From a virus (lineage: Duplodnaviria > Caudoviricetes), in IMG/VR virus record IMGVR_UViG_3300038974_000803, positions 1 through 30,260 of that record: 30,260 bases of DNA; one strand, 5' to 3'. Made by a program: the position numbers and the translations under genes. The stretch's first letter is position 1; each line of letters begins with the position of its first letter. Positions 1 through 9,100 of the stretch are shown here, in pieces. The notes below the pieces were generated by a model. That model saw only the letters and a list, made by a program, of their open reading frames with translations, was not told where the DNA came from and did not search any database.

Positions 1-41
1 CAGGACGTACACTCTTTCCCTACACGACGCTCTTCCGATCT
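1..41 (+). other. Illumina TruSeq adapter remnant (i5 index CAGGACGT + Read 1 primer sequence); sequencing artefact
   Basis: 9-41 is exactly ACACTCTTTCCCTACACGACGCTCTTCCGATCT. 1-8 CAGGACGT matches the TruSeq HT D507 i5 index as I recall it. Confidence 0.98.
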
Positions 42-3000
42 TGGAAGCTGGTCCCCTAAGAACTGCATTGGGATTGGGTATTGATATTGGCACCGATCCT
101 GCCATGTTCGGTGCAACCAAAGTAACATTCATGGCCCTGAAAAAAACCGGCTCGGTCATGGTGGATCTCGCAGCAAAAGTTCCCAAAGGCGAAAAAGGTC
201 TCGATAATTTGGGCCGAATGTTCAATATTTTTCACGATCTTGAGAAAACCATGAAACCCGATGAGCTAGAAAAATTCAAGGATGCCTTTAGTGTTGCTGT
301 GGAATCCAGGGATTTCTCAAGACTCAACAAACTCGGATATAATGTCAGTAAATACACTGGGAAAAACTTAACTGCAAACGGTCAGACCAAATTCCGTACA
401 CCAACAAAAGTTTACTTGCGTACCCCGGAACAGATTGAGGCAGCTAGTAATGTTTCGAAATATTCCCAACGCCTGATAGATGAAAGTGCTCAATTGAATA
501 AATTGAAAAATGATCCATCATTGCGGAGCCGTTTCAATGATTATATTGCAAACTTTTCTGCTCATAATAAACCTGCGACAAAAATTCTACCTAAGTATGA
601 GGACTGGGTAAAAAGTCTTCCGGAAATACAGAAACAGAAAAATCTCATCTCTGATCTTACAAAAGAATTGGCCAAAAAGAAGGAATTAAAATCAATAAGC
701 GGCATAGATGACGGCACACAAGCTGTTGAGCGCGAATTGCTTGCTGCCCGTCAGGAACTCACAAAAATGAGCCACCCCAATGCATTAAAGAAAAAATGGG
801 ATGCGTTTGTAGCAAAAGCACCTGTTGACCCAGGTTATACCAATGCTGCCCGTCCCCTGAAATATGATGATTGGGTCAATCAGTTACCGGAAATCAAAGC
901 CCAAAAAGCCGTAATTGATAATCTTAAAATCCAGGTTAAGAAATCTCAAACAATCCTGAAAAGCAAGACACAAACCGTCATCCAGGATGATAGTGCCGCT
1001 TATAAAGTTCTGGACGATGCTTTTATTCAGAAACCCAAGGGCTGGGTCGGAAGTGGCGTGGACAAAATCAATTCCGCCTACAAATGGCTGCTCTCCTGGA
1101 ACCCGATCTTCCAGACCCGTAACGCCATTGGCACAACCTTGCAGGGCATTTCGCAGGGGATCAGTCCGCAAAATTATTGGGAAGCCATCAAAATGGTTGC
1201 CACTAAGGGCAAGAATAATCCGCAATTATATAAAGAATTCGCCGACCGCGGTGTTGTGTCTCAATACGGCATGTATGGAGCACACAAATATAGTCCCTTC
1301 ACGAAACTGGCCAATCTGTCTGAGTCCATTAATAGGACAGCACTGGCTCTTGACGGCATGGGCAAAGGCAAGGGACTTGTCGGTGCGATAGCCAATACAA
1401 AACGCGTCTTTTACGAATATAATAGAGCTTACAAAACAAGTTTTGAAAACGATATCATGAGCCGGATATTTCCGTTTTATGATTTCATGAAGGGACAAAT
1501 GCAATTCTGGCCTGATGAGTTAACCAACAATCCCCAGCTGTGGGTAGCCCTGGCCAAAGCCAAAGAAGCCACCCTGCCCTCACATTTAAAAAATTATCCG
1601 ATGGACCGCCCGGATTACGAACGCAATATGTATACATTCGGAAATTACGGAAATTTAAGTTTCCAATCCGAAGATTTCCAGAAAAATATTACAGGCGACT
1701 GGAAAAATTTGTATTCGCAACTCACGCCACTTGTAAAATTAGCGGAACTGGTTTCCGGTTATAATGTTTTTGCAGGCAAGGCTATTGCAGACAATACATC
1801 CGGCAAGCGGTACGAAAAAATGCCCTACCTGATTCAACGATTGTTGGGTTATGATGAATATTCCGGACAAATCAATCCATGGGGACGCTACTTATTTGAA
1901 TCATTGCCGGTCACGCAACCCATTTTAAATGCATACGACGAAAACAAACCGCTGATCAATGCTGTCACGTCAATCAGACCCTATGATCTTAGTCCCGAAG
2001 CTATGGTTATTCAGCGCGAGATGAAACAGCGCGAACAAGAACGTGGTGGATTTTGGGAGCATATCAAAAGACGCAGTCTCTTCGGTGGCGGTGCGCCAGA
2101 AGCCAACGCGGCATCTTATAGTATTCCGTCAACAACTGCAGCAATTCCCATGAGTGAACGGGAGAAATTTATATATCAATGGGCTGTGCAAAATAAAGTC
2201 TCTCCCGATAAATTCGGCGAAGAATATGTTTATCGCGGTGGCCCGGAACAAGTCATGTCTTTTAATAACAAACAGCGATGGGGCAGAGACCGTGCGCGCA
2301 CCAAGCGTTATCTCGGCACGATTCAGGAAGGCGCTGATGCTGAATATAATCAAATCATCGCCAATATATTACATGATGCAAAATTCAATAAGCGTGACAA
2401 GTCGGACCTGGAGCAAGCACTTGCCGAAGAAGCGGCAAGGCACGAAAAAACCAGAGTCTATAAAGTCGGTGAAGGGCAACCGTATTTTGGCGACGAACTT
2501 GATATGTTTCGCCGGACAGCGGGACTGACCGATTGGCAGATTGCTTTTAATCAGGCGCAGGAAAGAAAAGCAAGTGCAGCATCCGCGCTGGCATCCCGCT
2601 GGGCAAAATTAATCGAAGACTCGCCATGGAATGTTTCAGAAGCAACCCAAATCCAACTCGAATCCGCCCGGAAACAACACGCTCAGGACCCCGATGCTTA
2701 TACAGCCGATCTGCTGGAATCGAAAATTAGATTAATTCTCGCTGAACAAGATGCGGCTCTCGATAAATTGGAAGAAAAATCCAGAACTGCCATGACGCAT
2801 ATCCTTGAGAATATATCAAAAGGAACAGTTAATGAACTGGAAAAAATCGAGCTTGAGCGACGTGCCGAACATGAAAAATTTCTCGGAAGCCAAGATTATC
2901 AACATTTAAGAATTACCGAAAATTACGAAGCTATTCGTCTCGCACAGCAAGCCATTGACGGCATTTATGATAAAAAGCGCGACGAAGAACTGGCTGCCCG

Positions 3001-4702
3001 CGCTAAAAAGCACATGGAGTTCGTGATCAGCGCAGCCAAAGGCGAAGCTGAAGAATCCCTCAAGGCTATGAAGGGCATCTATGAACGAGGCGGCATGAGC
3101 ATCGATGCATTTTATAGTAAAAAAGCCTCTGATGATAACAAGCGATATTCTAATTCCCTGTCATCGATTCTCGATCTCATGATGGCCAATATCCGCACGG
3201 AAATGAATTCCAAAGTTAAAGTCAGTGCCATGTCCGGTAAAACAGTTGATGCCGGCAAAATCGACGAAACGCGACAAGCGTTGCTCGCAGAGATCGACAA
3301 GGCCGACACGTCTACTGCTTTGGCCGCCGCCATGAATAAGCTTCTACCGAGACAAGCAAATCTCCATGCAGATATTGAGTGGGGGACTATTGAGAAATAC
3401 AAAAAGATGCTCAAGGCGCTTGCTGAACTCCAGGCAATTATTAACAATCAAGATGTTCTCCCTGTCGATAAACTGGAAGCTATCAATACCATATTTGAGA
3501 ACATTTCCGGCGACCTGAGCAAAATCAATACAAAAGAATTTGAAGAAGTCGGCAAAACATTTGGGGCTCAGGTTGATGAATGGCAGATCACGCGTAAAGA
3601 AGATGCTAACAAAAAAGGTGTCGATATTGATAATTGGAATAATACGCTTCGTGAATTAAAGCGCGAATCCGACAAAACTAAAATGCAGATTTACGGACAG
3701 CAAGTTCCGCTGGGATATAACCGGGAAGCCGAAATTCTGGCGACCACCCAGCAAGAAACCGATTATGCTTATGCCGGACGTCTCGGCGCTGCATTACAAA
3801 GTCTGCCTGAAAATATCGGCTTCGATGCCGGTACAGAAGTAATGTCCAGCACCGAAACACCGGAGCAGTATTTCACGCGTGTCGAACAACAACTTCAGGC
3901 GCATCTGGCCAATAAAGAAGCCATGACAACCGAAGCCGGCGAGAAAATCGCGGCAGCCCAGCAAATCTTGAATGACCGTTATCTGGCAACCGAGCACAAT
4001 ACTAACATGCATGTCGAAGGAATGATCCAGAAACGCATTCAGATGGCATCGAATATGTCTGGCGCCCTGCTTGATATTGCAACTACCATGTATGAAGCGT
4101 CCGGCAGAAAAAGCAAAGAAGCTTTTTACGTCATGAAAGCCATCGCACTCGCTGATGCGACCATCAAGGGGTATCAGTCTGTGTTGGCCGCCTATAAATC
4201 CGGCAACGAAATCAGCCCGACCTTCGGAGCGATTTCTGCCGGCATCGCTGCGGGCGTCGTTGCAGCGCAAATCGCCGGAATCGTTTCCACAACCATACAA
4301 GGCATGGCCAAAGGTGGCGAGATCAAGGGCGGGTCCGGCAAAAAAGACGACGTCCCGATCATGGCGATGGGCGGCGAGTACGTCATGCGCAAGGCTGCTG
4401 TGAATAAATACGGCGTAAACTTCATGGCAGCATTGAACGAAGGCCTGATCCCGGGCAATATAAGTTTCTCTGTTCCTGCCCTGCCCAGATCGGACAGCAC
4501 CAAGTATTATTACGCGTCCGGCGGCGAAGTGACCAGGCGCCAGGATGTCCCATTCAAAGTAGAACTTAAAAACGAAAGCGGCACGCCACTGAAAGCATCA
4601 CAATCCGATGTCCAGTTCAACGGTCAGGAATACATTGTTTCCGTCTTAATCGATGCCATGGACAGAGATGTCGGCGGTATCAGAGGAATGTTCGGAGGAT
4701 AA
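41..4702 (+). CDS. Tail tape measure protein, 5'-truncated, with an N-terminal internal-virion/ejection-protein-like region
   Basis: Long helical A/E/K/Q-rich ORF directly upstream of the distal tail genes. The C-terminus has lambda-TMP-like motifs (KAIALADATIKGY, MAKGGEIKGGSGKKDDVPIMAMGGEYVMRKAAVNKYG, YASGGEV). The TTG start uses the last adapter base, so the true start is missing. Confidence 0.85.
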   Translation: MEAGPLRTALGLGIDIGTDPAMFGATKVTFMALKKTGSVMVDLAAKVPKGEKGLDNLGRMFNIFHDLEKTMKPDELEKFKDAFSVAVESRDFSRLNKLGYNVSKYTGKNLTANGQTKFRTPTKVYLRTPEQIEAASNVSKYSQRLIDESAQLNKLKNDPSLRSRFNDYIANFSAHNKPATKILPKYEDWVKSLPEIQKQKNLISDLTKELAKKKELKSISGIDDGTQAVERELLAARQELTKMSHPNALKKKWDAFVAKAPVDPGYTNAARPLKYDDWVNQLPEIKAQKAVIDNLKIQVKKSQTILKSKTQTVIQDDSAAYKVLDDAFIQKPKGWVGSGVDKINSAYKWLLSWNPIFQTRNAIGTTLQGISQGISPQNYWEAIKMVATKGKNNPQLYKEFADRGVVSQYGMYGAHKYSPFTKLANLSESINRTALALDGMGKGKGLVGAIANTKRVFYEYNRAYKTSFENDIMSRIFPFYDFMKGQMQFWPDELTNNPQLWVALAKAKEATLPSHLKNYPMDRPDYERNMYTFGNYGNLSFQSEDFQKNITGDWKNLYSQLTPLVKLAELVSGYNVFAGKAIADNTSGKRYEKMPYLIQRLLGYDEYSGQINPWGRYLFESLPVTQPILNAYDENKPLINAVTSIRPYDLSPEAMVIQREMKQREQERGGFWEHIKRRSLFGGGAPEANAASYSIPSTTAAIPMSEREKFIYQWAVQNKVSPDKFGEEYVYRGGPEQVMSFNNKQRWGRDRARTKRYLGTIQEGADAEYNQIIANILHDAKFNKRDKSDLEQALAEEAARHEKTRVYKVGEGQPYFGDELDMFRRTAGLTDWQIAFNQAQERKASAASALASRWAKLIEDSPWNVSEATQIQLESARKQHAQDPDAYTADLLESKIRLILAEQDAALDKLEEKSRTAMTHILENISKGTVNELEKIELERRAEHEKFLGSQDYQHLRITENYEAIRLAQQAIDGIYDKKRDEELAARAKKHMEFVISAAKGEAEESLKAMKGIYERGGMSIDAFYSKKASDDNKRYSNSLSSILDLMMANIRTEMNSKVKVSAMSGKTVDAGKIDETRQALLAEIDKADTSTALAAAMNKLLPRQANLHADIEWGTIEKYKKMLKALAELQAIINNQDVLPVDKLEAINTIFENISGDLSKINTKEFEEVGKTFGAQVDEWQITRKEDANKKGVDIDNWNNTLRELKRESDKTKMQIYGQQVPLGYNREAEILATTQQETDYAYAGRLGAALQSLPENIGFDAGTEVMSSTETPEQYFTRVEQQLQAHLANKEAMTTEAGEKIAAAQQILNDRYLATEHNTNMHVEGMIQKRIQMASNMSGALLDIATTMYEASGRKSKEAFYVMKAIALADATIKGYQSVLAAYKSGNEISPTFGAISAGIAAGVVAAQIAGIVSTTIQGMAKGGEIKGGSGKKDDVPIMAMGGEYVMRKAAVNKYGVNFMAALNEGLIPGNISFSVPALPRSDSTKYYYASGGEVTRRQDVPFKVELKNESGTPLKASQSDVQFNGQEYIVSVLIDAMDRDVGGIRGMFGG

Positions 4703-4705
4703 GAT

Positions 4706-5053
4706 ATGGCAACAGCATGGCCCACAATAGCAGAACCCAAATATCCGATTAACGAAAAAACGTATCTGCCTGCTGTGCGTACTGAAAAAGACAGCAATTA
4801 TATGCAGATGCGCAAAAAATGGACCAAGGCGAAAAAGACTTTTACACTAAAATGGGATGAATCGGTCGCTTTGACCGAATCCGACTATGCCACTCTTGAG
4901 GCGTTTTTTATTGCCAATCAGGGCAGTCCGTTCACCTGGACGCATCCGACGACCAGTGTGATATATACCGTCACGTTTTATCAGGATGAACTGGACTGGT
5001 CAATTCTTGCGCCCGGATACCGGTACGGACAAATCTCGCTGAGGGAAATATAA
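4706..5053 (+). CDS. Distal tail / minor tail protein (gpM-like)
   Basis: 115 aa right after the TMP, with RBS GGAGG. Motif LEAFFIANQGSPFTWTHP and the terminal ISLREI are typical of this class. Confidence 0.75.
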   Translation: MATAWPTIAEPKYPINEKTYLPAVRTEKDSNYMQMRKKWTKAKKTFTLKWDESVALTESDYATLEAFFIANQGSPFTWTHPTTSVIYTVTFYQDELDWSILAPGYRYGQISLREI

Positions 5054-5715
5054 TGGCTATATCTTTATCATCGGTCGCAATTCAGGAAAAAAACAAGCTG
5101 GCAACCGACAGTGTCTTCCTGGTCTGCCTGCGCATTATTATTCCCGGCGTCGACGAAATCATCCGGCTGGTCAGCAATTCGGAAGATATCACCTGGCAGC
5201 ATCCTGACGACGATCAGCCGGAAACATGGATCGCTTTTCCGTTTTCTATCAGCGAATTGACAGACGGGTCCAGCGGCGAAGTGCCCATCGTAACGATACA
5301 GATATCCAACGTTTCCCGCGTTATGGATCAGTATATCCAGCTGTATGATTATGAAATCAAAACAAACGGATATTCGCCGACAACAGTGTCGATCTGCGTG
5401 ATTAACACGAAAGTCATCGCTGCGAACTCTGCTGCCGAGCCGGAAATCGAACATACATTTGAACTCAAACAGCCGAAGTGCGACGCACAGTGGGCATCAT
5501 TTGTTCTTTCGGCCAGCAATCCGTATCAGCGCCGGTTTCCGCAGAACCGGATTCTTAGGAACCATTGCCGCTATATCTTCAAGGGGGCGCTTTGTGGATA
5601 TACCGGCGTCGAAACAACGTGCGACCACACATTAGTACAATGCCGGGAGCGAGGTAATTCCGCAAGATTCGGCAACTGTCCAGGAGTAGGTATCGGTGGA
5701 TTCGACATTACTTGA
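5053..5715 (+). CDS. Minor tail protein L-like (tail tip assembly, C-terminal 4-Cys cluster)
   Basis: WIAFPFSI and VTIQISNVSR motifs. The C-terminal CRYIFKGALCGY..TTCDHTLVQC..RFG Cys pattern resembles the Fe-S-binding end of lambda gpL. Synteny fits. Confidence 0.85.
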   Translation: MAISLSSVAIQEKNKLATDSVFLVCLRIIIPGVDEIIRLVSNSEDITWQHPDDDQPETWIAFPFSISELTDGSSGEVPIVTIQISNVSRVMDQYIQLYDYEIKTNGYSPTTVSICVINTKVIAANSAAEPEIEHTFELKQPKCDAQWASFVLSASNPYQRRFPQNRILRNHCRYIFKGALCGYTGVETTCDHTLVQCRERGNSARFGNCPGVGIGGFDIT

Positions 5716-6142
5716 TTTATTTAACGGAAAATACGAGCGCGGCGGAAAAACACCGGGGACCTATGATTGCCGCAGCCTGTTTATCGAAGTTATGCATCGG
5801 CTGGGCAACGATATCCAGATATCCGACGTAGAACACGTTGCTGTTGAGCAGGTCGCCGCGTCGCTTGCCAATAATGAATATCCGTATACCAATGCCGACT
5901 CTCGCGTGATTGACCGTGAAATCCAAAGCGGCAAATGGGAAAAACTGGACGTGCCTGAACGGGGCTGTGCCGTGTGCATCGCGCTTGATGCCGCGAAGCC
6001 TGATCTCGTGCAGCACCTTGGCGTGTATATCGGCAATAATAAATTCATTCATATTTTGCAGGACAGGAACGTATCTGTTACCGACATCAATGATCGTTTT
6101 TTCAGACGGAAGATAAGGGGTTATTATAGATGGAAACCTTGA
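5696..6142 (+). CDS. NlpC/P60 family tail assembly protein (gpK C-terminal-like)
   Basis: YERGGKTPGTYDC (catalytic Cys) and HLGVYIGNNKFIH (His, His). Lies between the L-like and I/J-like genes. Confidence 0.85.
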   Translation: MDSTLLDLFNGKYERGGKTPGTYDCRSLFIEVMHRLGNDIQISDVEHVAVEQVAASLANNEYPYTNADSRVIDREIQSGKWEKLDVPERGCAVCIALDAAKPDLVQHLGVYIGNNKFIHILQDRNVSVTDINDRFFRRKIRGYYRWKP

Positions 6143-9100
6143 CCCGGGGTATTAATATTGTCAATATTACCAATCCGTTCGAGCCGATGGGCAACCGTGA
6201 ATTCAAGTCCGCTCCGTCCGGATTGTCGCTTAAAGAATGCATCGATCTCGTCCGCAGTCCGCTGGACGGATGCTTCTATGTCGCAGCCATAAATGGCGAA
6301 GTTGTTCCGCAGGACGCTGATTACTCTCTGATCTATCCCGAAGGCAGCGTGGTGCTGTGCGCCGTGCCGGAAGGCGGCGGCGGCGGCGGCGGCAAGAACA
6401 CTATGCGCTCGGTCTTGATGGTCGTCGTAACTATTGTCGCGATGGCGGCAACATGGTACGCCGGCGGCGCAGGCGGATGGGGAACGGCGGGTTACTGGGG
6501 ACTTGGTACAACCACCAATGGCGTATTTACAATTTCGACGGCAGGCATAGCGTATGCCGCCGCAGTCGGCACGGCAGTCGGCGTTGCCGGCGGCATTCTT
6601 GTCGGATTGCTCTGTCCCTATGACATGACCGGCAAAGACGATGAATCCCCGACATACTCCTGGGGTGTCACCGGAGAAAATTCCAACCGGGAAGGCGTCG
6701 TATGGCCTGTGTTGTATGGCACAGCAAGAATCACGCCGCCCATCATCGGCAAATACATCGAGTGTGTTGACGATAAGCAATATCTCAACTTACTTTATGC
6801 CATTGCCGATCACTCGATTACCGATATTGATGAAACCAGCATCCGCCTCAACGACAATCCTGTTGTCAAAGATGAAGATAATCTCACATGGGAATATCGA
6901 CTTGGAGCCACCACGCAGAGCGCTATCCAGAATTTTACCGATTTGCGCGATATGCGGTCGATAAACCAGAAAATAACAAAATACACACAATGGGACGCAG
7001 AGACGTCATACGATGTCAATGATTACGTCGATAACGATGGATGCGCATGGCGTTGCCTGAAAGCCCATGGCGGCATTGCTAATTACCACGAACCGGAAGA
7101 AGGTACATATTGGACCGAGGTTAATCATCCCTGGACAACCGTCGAAGCCAACGGCACCAATATTCAGGGCCTGGGTGTTGCCATTGCCCTGCCGATGGGT
7201 CTGTATAAAAACAAGAGCGAAGGCGGCACGGCACCATTAAAAGTCTATCTTGACATAGAGTATAAAGAAACCAACAGCCTGGCATGGACGCGCCTGACCA
7301 GCCACGCCAAGAAGACTCTGGACGACTATTACGATAGCCACTGGTCGTGGGGATATTGGGACGGACCAAACTGGGTAGAAATTGAAGTAGGCCATCTGCA
7401 TCCGAGTATGCATGTCGAAGGCGAAACCGACCGCACAAAAGCGGTAGATTGGCCGACCACAGAATACGGACAGCGTCCGTTGTTTCAATGGCACTGGGTC
7501 ACGACAGGCAGCAATATTCAGAGACGCGATGAAGTTCTCTCGACCTATACAGTCATTGAAGAAGAACAAATGAGTTCTGTGCGGCGTGTATTTTATGCCG
7601 ACAATCTGCCAGAAGGAACCTATCAGGTTCGTGTTCGGTTTACCAAAGGCCACTCCCCGGCCAATAACTCGCGTTACGTTTCTGATACATATCTGGAATA
7701 CATCGAGTCTATTATTTACGATGATTTCACGTATCCGGGATCGTCTGTTTTTGCGATCCGCGCGCTGGCCACCGATAAATTATCCGGCGGCATCCCGACA
7801 TTGTCTTTAATTGCCACCCGGTCCACAGTCCCTGTGTGGAACGGCAGTGCTTATGTATATAAGCCGGCCGATAACCCGGCATGGGCAAGTTATGACATTC
7901 TGCATAATTCCGTTTACGGTGGTGGCGTCGATAAAAACAAGATTCGTTATGCCGATTTTGCAGCCTGGGCGGAAAATTGCGATGAACATTATACCGCCGA
8001 AGGGGTTGCTTCGCCCGTCGCGTTTAAATGCAATATTTATCTGGATGCATCCACGACGCTCCGTAAAACGCTCAACATGATCGGGCAGCTCGGGCGCGGC
8101 AACACAGTTCAGATCGGCAGTGAATTCTCCTGCTTTGTTGACAAGCTGGAATCCCTGCCCGTGCAAAGTTTTATTTTCAATGTCGCCAATATTAAGTCCA
8201 AGAGCTTCGGATTTGAATATTTGCCGATGGCCGAACGCGCCAACGCTATTGACGTTACATTCTGGGACAAAGAAAATTCATACAAGCAACGGACCATTGA
8301 GCTGTACGCTGATGATTTCGATTCCACAACGACTGAAATCAAGAAATCGCAAATAACATTAAAGGGTTGTGTCACACTTGAAGAAGCGATGGCGCATGGT
8401 TACTTCGCGCTAAAGTCGAACAGATACCTGACATGCACATGTTCATTTGAAGCTGACATTGATGCCATCGGCTGCATGCCCTGGGACGTCATTGAAGTTC
8501 AGCACGATGTCACACTGTGGGGCGAAGGCGGTCTGGTTATCTCAGCTACTACCAATACTATTACACTGGATAAGCCCCTGACGCTAAATCCCGGCGTAAC
8601 ATACACGATACGCCTGCAGTCCGCTGACGATGACAGCATTGTCGAATACACGATTGCGGCTGTGGATGAGATCACGATATCGCCGACTGTTACGATTGTC
8701 GGCACGTTCGATCCCGTTCCCGTACAATATGATAAATGGGTTGTCACGGCTACGGGCGCCGCGACCAAGTATTTTCGAGTGCTCAAAATTTCACGCGCTG
8801 GCGACCTGACACGAAAACTACATTGCATCGAATACTTCGACGGCATTTACGATGACACAGCCGCCGTGCCCACGCCGGAACTTCCGCCGACAATTATTTA
8901 TGAGCAAAATCTCAAAGCTGAAGAAATCCAAAGTTGGGATGGCTCTCCTACCACAACGGTCAATTTGTCATGGAGCGGGTTCGCCCTGCTCTGGCACGTT
9001 TTCTACCAGCGCGAAGGCGCCAAAACATTCACCTACGCCGGGCAAACCAGTATCCCGTTCATGCACCTGACGAACCTGCGCGCTGGCGACGGATCATATC

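Noticed and set aside
6373-6393. (GGC)7 microsatellite as a phase-variation tract
   Set aside because: It is an in-frame triplet encoding the poly-Gly linker typical of gpI-like domains. Slippage would not shift the frame.
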